A DNA stretch of 64,000 nt, taken from positions 233,058,001 through 233,122,000 of the forward strand of contig OZ024743.1 of the NCBI GenBank assembly GCA_964016885.1, given 5' to 3'. Source of the DNA: Eledone cirrhosa (lineage: Eukaryota). Position numbers and translations under genes: made by a program. Positions 38,301 through 51,289 of this stretch are shown here, piece after piece. Position 1 is the stretch's first letter, and every line of letters begins with the position of its first letter. The notes below the pieces were generated by a model. The model ran no database searches and was not told the DNA's origin. It saw only the letters and a list, made by a program, of their open reading frames with translations.

Positions 38301-41215
38301 GTCACCAACTTGTGATCCGAATAGTCAACCATGAACATTTGTGGACAGCTTAATATGTCCCTATCCTTGTTTCTAACTAGGAACCTATCTAGGTACGACC
38401 TAGATGTTGCGCTAAGATTAGTCCACGTCCACAGTGGCACAGTCGGAAAATCTAGTCGATATCTATCGGCCAGATCAAATCGGCCGATTAACGGTTTGAG
38501 GCTGTTACACCCCCCTCTATCGGGAGATGCCCCTACATAGTCCCAACGTGCATCCAGGATACCATTCCAGTCCCCCACTAAAAGCATGGAACGGGACGTT
38601 CCCAGAAAAGTCTCTAGGCGCTGGAAGAAGTCCGGTCGTGGTGTCCCAGATGGGGCATACGCTGCCACCAGCCTGAAGGTTCCACCTTCCCTACTGCCGA
38701 CGTCTAGAACCACCAGTCGACCCTCCGGGTCCAGGTGTACCTTCCGTGTTGCGAAGCCCAGGTGTTTTCGCAGGGGAACGACCACCCCGCCCCCACCCTC
38801 CGGCTGACAGAGAGATGCATAGATCTCAAAGTCGTCGAAGATGGGGGCCAGTTGGTGCTCGCTGCTGATCCTGTACTCACAAATAGCTATCACATCCATT
38901 CTGTGCGACCTGAGGTCATTTAAGAGTTTGCCCTGCTTCCAGGACATCCCCAGGCCGCGTACATTTAAACATCCAACTTTTATAACAGCCATGTTGGTGG
39001 TGAAGAGTTAAAGCGGAGAAAAAGGAAAATACACCCACCTGTCCCTCTCCTGGGGACCAGGCTGCACACTCACCATGGGGGTGTTAGAGGGGTTGTTTGG
39101 CGGGTGGTGGGGACATCAGTTTGTGGTGGGGTGGGGGTGTTTGATGGGGGAGGGGTATCTGGGGGTGGTGGTGGGGAAACATTTCAAAAGGAGGCGATTG
39201 ATGGGTCTAGTACATGAGTTCCCCACGTCCTCGGGGAAGTTCTGTTTGAGCATTGCGTAGATGTCCCTTGGGACCCTAATCATTTTTAAATGCGGTTTAG
39301 TCGCCGCGATGGTGAACATTTTCCCTTCGGTGGAAACCGAAGGGTCTTTGTGTATTGTTTGTACAAGTGTTTTGTTGTTTGTGTTGATGTATGTATACTG
39401 TTTTTGCTGTGTTGTGTTTGTTTGTTGTTTTTGTGTGTGTTTGCGTTTTGTAGTATGTGTTATGTTTTCGGGAGGGGTGGGTTTTTTTATTTGTGATGTT
39501 TGTGCTGGTGGTTGTGTGTTTGTTGTATTTTTGTTAATGTGGTGCTTTCTTTTCTTTCTTTTTACTTGTTGAAAGGGTTCTCCCTCGTCGTCATTGGGTG
39601 ACGTTGATAAGGGGTCCTCGTCCGTGTTGTTGGGGAGGGGTATATTTGGGGGTTTTGTTGGGCTTTTGTGTTTGGTTTAGGTGGGGAAGGGTTGGGTGGG
39701 AGGGTGTCTTATGTTGTTATTTTTTCGTGTTGTGGTTGTTGTTGTGGTGGTGGTGGTGGTGGTTGTGTTGCTGTTGTGTGTGGGGTGGGCAGGAGCGTCT
39801 TGGGGGGGGGGGGCATTTAAAAGGGGACAGGAAGTCCTCAGGTGACCACTTCTTGAAGAGTGGTAGCATGAAGACTGCCTGCCCTCAACAGAAATGTTTA
39901 TGAAGACAACTCCATCCAGGGACACCCGCTGCGGTATTCTTGCTATCCGTTCTGGTCTCATTTGGACCAGAACTTCAAGACTATTGCCGCCGAATACGCC
40001 CCCGGTGGATTCGCCTATCGAGAGGATTGTGTCCTCGTCGTCTAAGAATCCCATTAGCACCCACCAAATGCTCGCATTTGGCCTGATGCCCGAGATTCTT
40101 ATCCTTTGAGTTCTTTTCCCAAAATATGTGGGGAAAAAGGTGAATGCTTTGGATACAATTGACGATACAGAGTATTTCCGTGCCACCAATTGATCTTTCA
40201 TTAGCACAGATATGATTCCATACAGTTTCCCTTTCTGTATGAAAGCGATAACTTTCCAGGCACTACTTAGGACCAGTTCAATTTCGCTTTGGGATAATTG
40301 AGCCGGTTTCCTAGTTGCGTTGGAAATTGTTCTAAAAATTAAAGTTCTGAGGACTGTGTCTTTTCTAATTTCTTCGGGGGAGGTAATTGTAAATTCCCCA
40401 CCTTCCCCAAAAGTTACACAATTTCTTGCCTCCTTCAGCAACTCCCTGGCATTCGAGATGTCCAGTGCCTTGTAAGTCTGTGTCTCTCGGACCGCCTGTG
40501 CGAAAGAGACTCCAGTCGTGGGTCCGCTCTCTTTCGTGTTGTTGTTGTTATCATTATTGTTCTTATTGTTGTTGTTGTTCTTGTTGTCACTGATGTTGAT
40601 ATTGTTCGTATTTTCCTTGGTGTTGGTGTTGTTGTAGTCTTTGATGCTGGTATTATTGGTGTTGTCTTTATTTTTTTCTTTGTTGTTGTTGTTATTGTTG
40701 TTTTTATCATCATTATTGGTGGTTGTTATTTTTGTTGTCATTGTACTGTTTGGTGTCATTTGTGTCGTTTGGATTTGAATTTGTTTTTACAATTTGATTT
40801 CGTCTTTCCATCTCCATAGTGTCTTTTTCATGTATATGTATGTTAATAGGTTTAATTTCTGTGTTTTCATGTGAGTTAGTGTTATTTTTCTCCGCTTCGA
40901 CGGTAGAAATTGTACAATTTTCAAGTGGTAACATTTTTTCCTCTTTGTTGACAGTCGTATCTATGGCGACGTCCATAGTAGCAGAAGCAGATATAACGTT
41001 AATATCTGCTTCTTTCTCTCTTTTCTCTATTGACGTTCTCCAGCGTTCTTGTGTTGTTCAAGTTATATAGCTGGCAAAATTTGATATATGGGATTACCAC
41101 CAGGTGACAATTCAGCTTGGGGGTTAATCTACAAAATAATATGTTTTTTCAAACAATTTGTTCTGTTTTTCGTATATAAATTTACAAAAAATCTTACCGG
41201 CGATGTTTCACGCGT
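35305..41215 (-). mobile_element. Near full-length Tx1/L1-clade LINE (copy 2), frameshifted
   Basis: ORF1 from about 40976 to 39050 (VEGRQSSCYH..GHLRTSC). ORF2 from 38992 to 35565 (LNVRGL, GDWN, LDR, SDH, QGCPLS, YAD). 3' end CCCCTGTGGCTAATAAAGAAATATATC followed by (TATC)n. Confidence 0.92.
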
Positions 41216-41224
41216 CAGACAGAA

Positions 41225-44200
41225 AGAGATATAAATAGATATATTTTTTTATTTGCCACAAGGGCGCACAAGAAAAGGGAACAATACAAAGACATGCCGG
41301 GGATGTTACATACAGTCGTGTAAAAAATATAAAAACAAACAATTTCAACAATCGAAATCCCCAATAGGGGGACGCGCCACAAATGGGTTGTTTAATACCC
41401 CGTCGATAGAACAACCCTCAACTCCAGGAGCGTGTTGTGCAAGTGCTCCTTTCTTCCTTTTGTTCTCCTCTTCAACCTACAGGCTTATAAACAGAGAAGG
41501 CCCAATCACTCGGGATATTTTCGCTACATTCACCCACCTTTCAGTAAATTTACTGCGGTGCAGTGCCTCTCTCTCCACTCTGATTCTCCTTCTAAAGTGA
41601 TACTTAAAGAAGGGAATCAATTGTTGTCCGGAGAGAAAGGCATCTGTCCTCAGTCCTCTCAATCTCGTCCACCATATAACCTCTTTCACCATAGCCACCG
41701 TACAGAGGAAAACCGCCTCTCTTTCGTTTTTGAAAGAGGCTGGCGGTTTGATCCTTACTCTGGACTCGGCAGTCAACTGGATTTGTCCCATACGCGACAG
41801 CAGTTGTTCTGCATAGTTCCACAGGTCGGTTACGCCCGGGCAGTGTACAATTGCGTGCAGGACTGTTTCAATGTCCTACGCGCATCTTGGACACGTCCTC
41901 TTGGAAGGATCCCTGCCGAGGTGTCCGTGCCTGTAGATCTTGTCACGAACCGGTAGAGCTCCTCGGTAGCACTGCCAGGCCAGGGACTTCTGGAAGTTCT
42001 CCATAGGTCCCGGGCGGAAAGTCCTACCAAATAGATTGGTGAGCTCATCGTCTTCGACGCCTAGAGTCTCTCCGAGCACGTCGTTGCCCTTGTAACGTAC
42101 AATCCCTCTATAGAATGTCGAAGTGGCGTCTCCACTGATTGCTGCGCCCGCTTGCCAGAGGACTGTGAGCGCCTGAGCGCATTCAATGTGCCAGGCGCCC
42201 ATCGTTTTCGGTCTTTTCTTAACCCAGGACTGCAGCTCCGTCAGTGAGACGAGCTGTGAGAAAGCCTGTCTCACAAACGGTTCCCACACCGGTTGGGAGT
42301 CGGTGAGGAATACCTGGAGATGCCGCAGCCTCAGCGCATGTTTGCGCATCATCAGCCACGGCATTCCCAGCCCTCCGTTGGAAGGGTGCTGACAGCAGAC
42401 GGTTCTCCTCACCAGCGGAGCCTGCTTCTTCCACAGAAACTGGAAGAGCATGCGTTCCATCTTGGCGAGGTGTTCACGGGGACAAGGCACGACAGTCAAG
42501 TGGTAGTAGATGACGGACGCTATGAAAGTGTTCGCCACCTCCGCTCGACCTTTCAAGGACAGTTTGCACTCTGCCCACTTCTGGGTGAGTGCAAACACCT
42601 TGGCCATGACCTCGTTCCTGTTTTTCTCCACCTGGGGGTCTGGACCGAACAAAACCCCGAGCAATTTTACCGGTCCGTCCGTCCAGAGTCCAACGACGCT
42701 GTCGGACGTCATCGGTTTGCCTCTCCACGTACCGAGTTGCAAACCGACAGACTTGTCCGGGTTTAGTTTTGCTCCCGTTAGCGTTTCGTATTCTTTCAGT
42801 AAGTTGCCGATTTCCAAGGTGTTCGACACCATTACCGCCACGTCGTCGGCATAAGCCGACGCCGCTTTGCGCAGTCCCGGTTCTAGAGGGATGCCCTGCA
42901 ACAGCTCAAATTTCCGCAGTAGTGGCTCTAGAGCCAATATATACAGAATGGAGGAGAGAGGGCACCCCTGTCGAATGGAACGCGTGATTGCGAACGGCTC
43001 CGATAGGTAGTCATTGACCTTGACCCTCGAGCAGATGCTGGCGTGCATCGCCTCGATCCAGCCTCTGAACACGGGACCGAAACCGGCCGGCTTGTGAACA
43101 GCTTCCAAGTATCGATGGTCGACCCTATCGAATGCCTTAGACTGATCCAAATTGATCAGAGCCCCACCGAAGCCGGGTTTACTATGATGTATCGCATGAG
43201 GAGGAAGTTGTCGTGTATGGACCTGGTCGGGATTGCACACGTTTGCGCTTTCCCTACCAGGTTCTCGACGACAAGCGCCAACCTCGTGGCTAGCACCTTG
43301 GCCAAAATCTTTAACTCTGTGTTAAGCAGAGTTATGGGCCTGAAGTTGTTAATTTCGTCCCCCTTGTTCTCGTCTTTCCTGATCAGCGTTACTACGCCCT
43401 TGCCTGCAGAACTGGGAATTCTCCCGTTCTGCTGCCAATTGCAGTAGACGGCTTCGAGGACGCCAGAGAACAAGTCCGGCATGCCTATGTAAAACTCATA
43501 GGGTAGACCATCTAGACCGGGTGACTTGCGTTTCCCGCAGCGGCCCAGAGCGTCCCGTATCTCAGTGTCCGTGATCGGTCTTTCGCAGAACTCGGCGTCC
43601 GTGTTCGAGAGACGCGGCAGGCCGTCGAGGTATGAACTAAAGTCCATTGCCCCGTTCAGCTCACTGTCGTTCTGCTCAAACAGTCGCACAAAGTGCTGCT
43701 GAAAGGCCGCGCACATTTGCTTGTGGTCAAGTAGCACGCGTCCGTTTAGGTCTTTCAAAGACCGAATCGTGGACTTGTTGCCACTTTTTACCTCCGCCAC
43801 TCGGGCCCAGCTGACAGCTTTCGCTCCTTCGTTTCCTAGAGCACGTGTTTTGCTTCTGACCACGCAGCCTTCATGTTTCGCATCGAAGAACTGGTCCAGT
43901 GCCGGTTCTCGACGCTAATACTCTAGCTGCGTTGCCACTTCTATGTGCCTCCTCTACCTTGGCTACTAGTTCTCTTTTTATTTTGTTTATCTCTAAGGCT
44001 AACTCTCTGCTAAACCCTATCGATTCTATTATAATTGCTTTCTTGAGAGAGTATCCGGGTCCCTGTCTATGTGTTGTATCACGGTTGACTAAGCAGACGA
44101 CTAATTTGTGATCTGAATAGGCAACCATGTGCATTCGTGGACAGCTTAACATCTCCTTGTCCCTTTCTCTAATGAAGAACCTATCTAAATACGATCTAGA

Positions 44201-45869
44201 TGTCCCGCTGAGGTTTGCCCACGTCCACTGTGGAAATCCAGTCGATACCTATCGGCCAGTTGGAATTGGCCGATTAAAGTTTTGAGGCTGTTGCACCCCG
44301 CTCTACTGGGACATGCTCCCAAATAGTCCCATCGTACATCTAGGATACCATTCCAGTGCCCCACTAAAAGCAACGTTCCCAGAAAAGACTCTAGACGTTT
44401 AAAGAAGTCTGGCTGTGATTGCGATTGCCCGGTCGGGGCATAAACGGCCACCCGTCTGAAGGCTCCACCTCCGGGAGTTTTCTTTTTATGGTGGGTGCTT
44501 ATGTTTGGGGTGGTGTTGGTGTTGGTTTTGCTGATAAGGGGATGTTTGACTGTGGTGTTGTTTGTGTCTGTGGTTGTGTGTTGGTGATTGGAGTTTTGTG
44601 GGTTTTGTGGTGTCTCTTTTTTGTTGTTTAGATTTCCGCGGTTCTCCCACTTCTTCACTTAAAGAAGGAGAAGCAGCTTCATCCGTCGATGAATAATCAT
44701 CGTCAGGTGTGTGGGGTAGGGGTATGTTGTGTGTTTGAGGTAGTGTTTGATGGAGTGGGATGGGGTGGGGCAGTGTTCTTCAGGGGTGTTTTCTCTGTTT
44801 TTTCTGTTGTTGTTGGTTGAGTGTCTGTTTGTTTTGGTGTGGTTGCTCGTTTCGCCTGTCGTTGTACTTGTGGTGGTTGTTTTGGTGTTGGTAATAGTGT
44901 TTTTTTAATGATGTTGTGTGTTTGTGGACAAGAGACGAAAGCAATGAAATTTTGTCCTTCTACCGAAATGTTTATTTTGTTGTTATCATCGATGACGACT
45001 CTTTCGGAGATTCTCTCCGGCTTCATTTGCAACAGAATCTCCAAATCAGTACCCGCCCACCTTTGTCGAATAGATTTTCGTATCGAAAAATCATATCAGT
45101 TTCTGGCTCTACGAAGCCAGCCAAGATCCACCAGATGTTAATGTTTGGGGGTATATTTTTTATTTTTATTTTTTGTGCCCTTTTTCCCATGTATGTAGGG
45201 AAAAAGGTGAATGCTTTTGACACCATTGGTGTCACAGAATGTTTTTGGGCGAGTGCCTCGCTTTTAAACAGTACGGAAACACTTCCGTACTGTTTTCTTC
45301 GCTGGAGAAAATCGATATTTTCTAGAATTTCCTTGAAAGTAGCTTCTATATCTGCTTGGCTAACAAATGTCGGCTTTCTTGTGGAATTTGACACAGTCCT
45401 AAAGGTGACTGATCTGCGGATTGTGTCTTCTTTATTTCAAGGGGTGAGTTAATTTTAAACCCACCTTTTTCTTCGAAAGTTACAAATGTTTTCCCTTGCT
45501 GGGGCATATATCTTGCATTGGAGATATCAAGATTTATAAAATCTTGTTTTTTGTTCACTGTTTCAGCGAAAGACATTTTCTTTTTTTGTGTGGTGTTGCT
45601 GTTATTGTTGTTGTTATCGTTGTTATCCTCGGTGTTGGAAATCTCAATTCCTTGACGAGGTGAAACATTGTGTGTAGATGTTGATGTGGAGTTGTTGATG
45701 TCTTTTTCATGTGTATGTATGTTAATAGGTTTAATTTCTGTGTTTTCATGTGAGTTAGTGTTATTTTTCTCCGCTTCGACGGTTGAAATTGTACAATTTT
45801 CGAGTGGTAACATTTTTCCCTCTTTGTTGACAGTCGTATCTATTACGACGTCCATAGTAGCAGAAGCAG
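41225..45869 (-). mobile_element. Tx1/L1-clade LINE (copy 3), internally deleted, directly upstream of copy 2
   Basis: ORF1 starts at 45855 and is fused to mid-endonuclease at about 44470. RT with AYADD in 41876-43240. 3' end CCCTTGTGGCAAATAAAAAAATATATC. Confidence 0.9.
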
Positions 45870-46600
45870 CATTACTGGTACTTTATCTTACGACCCCATA
45901 AGGATAAAAGGCAAAGTTAACCTCGGCGGGATTCGAACTCAGAATGGCAAGGGCCGTAACTATGCGTCAAAGCATGGCGTCCGACCCTCTACCGATACTG
46001 CCAATCCACCGCCCTTAGGTTAAAATAATAATTGTTTCTACTTTTGGCAGAAGGTCAGCAATTATTCCAGTGTATTACTGGTATTTTATTTTATCGACCC
46101 TCTGCCAATCGACCAAAATAATAATTGTTTCTACTTTTTGGCACAAGGCCATCAATTACGCAATTACGCAAATTACGCAGTACGTTACTGGTACTTTATT
46201 TTATCGACCCCGTAAGGATGAAAGGCAAAGTTGACCTCGGCGAGATTTGAACTCAGAATGGAAAGGGCCGTAATTCTATGCGTCAAAGCATGACGTCCGA
46301 CCCTCTACTGATACTGCCAATCCACTGCAAAATAATAACTGTTTCTACTTTTTGGCACAGGGCCAGCAATCATCCCAGCGTATTACTGGTACTTTATTTT
46401 ATCGACCCCGTAAGGATGAAAGCAAAGTTAACCTCGGCGGGATTTCAAAATAATAATGTTTATAAGGTTGTCACAAGGCTGCAAATATTGGGAAGGGTTC
46501 GTCGATTAAATCAACCTCCGCAAAGTAAAGTTTACCTCGGCAGAATTTGAACTGAGAACGTAAAATAACGTAATTAACTACCATAAAACATTTTGTTCGA
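45868..46600 (-). mobile_element. Cluster of 4-5 SINE family A copies (full, partial and diverged)
   Basis: Core and tail motifs at about 45868-46015, 46025-46115, 46120-46325, 46332-46447 and 46450-46560. Confidence 0.85.
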
Positions 46601-47519
46601 CAATTTAGTTAAAGTATTAATACAGTTAGTCCTGTTGTTTTTGTTGTTGCTGGTGTTTCTCTTCAAGACAACCATGAGTGAGTAGACTTGTGATTCAAAA
46701 GCATTCCATGTATAACCATCCCATTTAACTGCATCATCTGACGTATACTTACCCGGTTTAAGATTTGGTCGTTTGATATAATGGAGATTTGGCTACTATT
46801 TCTAGCAGATCAAACGACCACGTTGAGGCTCCACGTGTCCTCTTTTCTTCATTTTTTTCTAGATGATGAGTTTATTTGAAGGCAGTTTAACCGTTAGTTG
46901 TAGCAGATTGACATCTAAGAGAAGGTTATAACTGCCCTTTCTTTTTTTTTAAAGATTATAATGTAATTGGCACAATTTTTACAAAATGCTTTGCAGTATT
47001 TGTTCCAGTCCTTTGCGTTCTAAGTTCAAATGTCGCCGAGGTAAACTTTTCCTTTCGCGGGCAATAAAAAAAGTAGGATCGATATAATCAACTGTTCTCT
47101 TAACCGAAAATTTCACGAACTATGCTTAGATTTTTTTTTTAAATCGATATAAATGAAATTTTGGCTGCTATTTCTAACAGAGGAACAAGCACATAGACGA
47201 AGAGGTACCATAATTTGCTCTACTAATACAACTAACTGTATATCTGATGCCGTGTATTTCTATTTAGAGAAATCAATGACTGACGTTTACTATTGGCGCC
47301 AATTTGGACACAATTGAATTTCCTCTGATTTGGAAAGGTTATATCTATTGAACTCACTTCTTCATCAACATTGAGGCAAATTATAACATGGTGCCGGCGC
47401 TGGGGGGGGGGGGTAGATGTTGGTGAGACTGTTGTTGCTGTATTTTTATATTTGTATAATCCTGTTGTATTGCATTTATATATATATAGAGAGAGAGGTG
47501 CATACACTTACATAAATTT

Positions 47520-47562
<43 letters not shown>

Positions 47563-47939
47563 ATTTAAAACGGGTTATCTACGTGCGTGCGTGTGTGTGT
47601 GTTCGTTCGTATATTTAGTTTGTACGTTAATTACTTATATATATATATATTTTATATGGGGGTGTATGTATGCGTGAGTATGCGTCCGTACGGGGTTTTT
47701 TTCTGTAAATGTGTATATATTCACTTGTATTGCTTCATACTAACTGGCCGCTAATTAATATAGAAAATACATATATACGACGTTTGTCCCAAAAGTAAGT
47801 GCTCTGATTTTCCTATATACAACATGGCATCGCAGCATCTCGTTCATGTATATAAGAGTGTTGTTTTTTTTCCGATGCAAAAAAAGTTTATTTACAATAG
47901 TTTATAACTTTGCCTATTAATCCGTATGGTGAGCAAATG

Positions 47940-48252
47940 GGGTCCCACGTGCTGGCCTCCCCACAGCCCCGGCGGATGGTAAGGGAGATGCGCTGGAAGA
48001 TCCATTCCAACTCGCGAGGCTCACACCTGCGGCTGGCTAGCTCAGCGCCTATGGTGGTGAATAGGGAGGTAGCCCTAGGGCCAAGGACACCAGAAGTATC
48101 TACTGCCAAGGGCACGACCGTGAACCTGTCGGAGTGCGACCGGTACTTGGAGAGTTTGGCCTCCTCAGCCCGACGTGCAGCAGCACCTGGGTTAGTCGCA
48201 GACTGCACCAGGTTGCGGCTAGAGAAAGTGTCGCTGCAAGTGGCATCCCATG
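47940..48252 (-). pseudogene. CRE-like restriction-like endonuclease fragment
   Basis: WDATCSDTF..GAAARRAEEAKLSKY..VPLAVDTSGVLG..WIFQRISLTIRRG. Confidence 0.75.
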
Positions 48253-48289
48253 GTTATGACCTTAGTTGCACGTAGATATTTATTTCGTT

Positions 48290-49440
48290 ATGATCGATTG
48301 AGTCAGTTGTGAGTTATTGCTGTTTATGTACAGACGTGTTTATAATCTTTGTTACGTTTGCGATGCAGAAAATATCGAACAACGGTACACGATCAAACTT
48401 TGTGTGAAACTCAACAAATCTGCCACTGAAATATTTAATTATTTAACACAAGCTTGGGGAGATGCCACTATCAAGAAATAAGGTGTTTAAATGGCACAAA
48501 GCTTTCAAAGATGGCCGAGAAAATGAAGACGAACCTAGTTCTGGAAGGCCAATCATGTCAACAAATTAACAAAATGTGGAAGTAATGTAAGACGTGATGG
48601 TGAAAGGTCGACAATTAAATGTTAGGATGATTGCAGAAGCACGGTCTTAAATAAAAATACAATTCACAGAATTGTAGAAGACCATTTGTACATGCGAAAA
48701 AAATTGTGCAAAATTAGTGCCCAAACACTTGTCTGTGGAGCAAAAAGCGAATGAGTTGGAAATTTGTCAGGATTTGCTAGAAAGACTCGAAATCGAGCCA
48801 AATTTCTTGGATAAAGTAATAAGATGTATCATGAATGTTCGAGTACGATCCAGAAACAGAATGGCAAAGTGGAGAGTGGCACACGAAAAGTTCCCATTGT
48901 CTGAAGCAAGCAGGCATGAGCAGATTATGGGTGAAAACGATTATAATTTTTTCGACAGCCATGGTATTGTTCACAAAAAAATTTTACCTCCGGGACAGTT
49001 AGTCACAACCTTCTACAAAGATGTTTTGGAATAACTTCGAAAACGGGTCCAACAAGTGCGAAAGGACATTGCAGGAAATTGGGTCCTGCACCACGATAAC
49101 GTGCCTGCTCACATACCACTTTAAATTAGAAAATTTCAGGCGAAGAAAAACATTTTTACTTCTCCACATTCTCTCTAGCCAAGCTCTAGCTCCGTGTGAT
49201 TTCTACCTCTTCCCGAAGTTGAATGGTCATCATTTTGGAACTGTGGAAAAGATACAAACAATTTGTAACCGATGAGCTGAAGATACTCACGGAAAATAAC
49301 CTCTCGTGTTGCTACATTCAATGGAAAAAAAGTTGGAACGACTGTGTGACTTGGCAATGGTTGTATTTTGAAGGAGATATCTTGTAATTTCATGTACGTA
49401 TAATATAAAGGATAAAGATTCCATAACTCCTTGTGGAGTC
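48290..49440 (+). mobile_element. Decayed mariner (DD34D) transposon
   Basis: EQRYTIKLCVKLNKSATE, WHKAFKDGRE..SGRP, VPKHLS, FFDSHGIVH, WVLHHDNVPAH, LAPCDFYLFPKL. Many stops and shifts; TIRs not resolved. Confidence 0.88.
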
Positions 49441-49732
49441 GTAGAGGCACCGTCATAAGGTGTGTTTAGGGCACATTTAAACCCTCACCAGGTCAGAACA
49501 CAGCCGACTTTTTCTTTAGAGAAAGAATCGACCCCAGTACTGGACTGGTGTTTTTTATCGACCTCGAAAAGATGAAAAGCAAAGTTGACCACGAAATCTA
49601 ATATTCATTTAAATAAAATAACAGTGCTCTTACTTTTGGAACAAACTTCCTATCTAAGCATAATAAAATTTGTTTAGATACATGCGTGTGCATGCTTTTT
49701 ATTCACACGTGTGCATATAGTTATATGTGTGA

Positions 49733-49776
<44 letters not shown>

Positions 49777-49811
49777 GATATTAAACAAATGGAAACTACA
49801 TTTATAAAACC

Positions 49812-50085
49812 ATATTTATTTCATTATATATATTTCAGGGATATCATATTAAAAATATGGTATGCCCTCTTCAGACAAAATACAATATATAAACAGTTTT
49901 ATAAATAAATTTGACATACCTTAAACTTTACAACTTCCATTTAAAAAGTTGTTTAAATGGAAGTTGTAAAGTTTAAGGTATGTCAAATTTATTTATAAAA
50001 CTGTTTATATATTGTATTTTGTCTGAAGAGGGCATACCATATTTTTAATATGATATCCCTGAAATATATATAATGAAGTAAATAT
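49812..50085. repeat. 274-bp palindrome with a hammerhead motif on each arm
   Basis: Arms of about 134 bp, spacer 49946-49951. The plus arm reads TTTTGT CTGAAGA GGGCATACCATATT TTT AATATGATATCCCT GAAA TATATA TA ATGAAG (50017-50078); its mirror lies at about 49819-49880 (-). Confidence 0.8.
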
Positions 50086-50165
50086 ACTCCAAAACTTGTT
50101 GAGTGCTTTTATATCAGTTATAAAATATTTACTCGTTGTAACCCAACAATTTTAAATAAAACTTT

Positions 50166-50208
<43 letters not shown>

Positions 50209-50593
50209 ATGGATGGGTACACATACAGAAGAATGTACATTCATAGTAACAAAAAATACATGCCTTCATTATAAACACACGCAGACACACACACATTATA
50301 TATGCATGCAAACATACATTATATATATATTATTTACTTTATTTATATATTTTGTAATTTTATTGTTTTTATTGTAAATTTTCTAATCGTTACTTCTTAT
50401 TGGCAGTTTTATTTCGTTGTAGCGTTATATAAACTGCGTGATGTGAGGTGATATGTTGTTGTTGTTGTTGTGATAATGGTGGTGGGAATGTAAACGAGAT
50501 AACATCTAAACTATAATAAAGGAAGGTCTGCGGGACTGCGTACGGTTTATTTCTTTTAATCCAGTTAGTAAAATAAATTGGATTACTTGGAAT

Positions 50594-50778
50594 AAATAAT
50601 TGTTTCTACTTTTGACACAAGGCCAGCAATTATCCCAGTGCATTACTGGTACTTTATTTTATCGACCCCGTAAGGATGAAAGATAAAGTCAACCTCGGCG
50701 GGATTTGAACTCAGAACGTAAAAGGGCATAACTCTGTGCTGCAAGCATGGTGTCTGATGCTCTATCGATACTGCCAAT
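50594..50778 (-). mobile_element. SINE family A
   Basis: A/B boxes, core and tail present. Confidence 0.88.
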
Positions 50779-50949
50779 AAAATAATGTATGTCTGAGAGA
50801 ATGTATGTAGTGATGGTGGTAATGATGTTGTAGTGGTGGTGGTGGTGTGTGTATGGTAGCGTGTTCGTAGTGTGAGGTTATGCGGGATGTATTTGATTTG
50901 TGCTGGAGTATGCCGTGTCGTGTGTGATAACGTATTTGTCGTTCATTTG

Positions 50950-51180
50950 AAAGCGCGTCGTAGTGGTTAGGCTGTTTGGTTCGCGATTGCTAGGTCATGT
51001 GTTCGAACTCCAGTAACGTGGTGTCTCACTGAGCAAAACATTTTATTTTACGCGACATCAGGCCACTCAATCGGGAAATATTATTTGATTCAAAGGGTCA
51101 ATCTTGCCGTACACTTTATTAAACTGAATCTCCCTGAGCACGATATTAAGATTGTACGTACTTCTGTGCTTATGAACTAT
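50950..51180 (+). mobile_element. Old tRNA-derived CORE-like SINE
   Basis: GTCGTAGTGGTTAG (A box), GTTCGAACTCC (B box), TGAGCAAAACATTTTATTT. Confidence 0.55.
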
Positions 51181-51289
51181 TTGTAATACACGCAAACATA
51201 CATATACATGCATTCATTCATATATACATAGATTCACATGTCAATACATACTTATACATACATACAAACACTCATTCATAAGTCTATAC

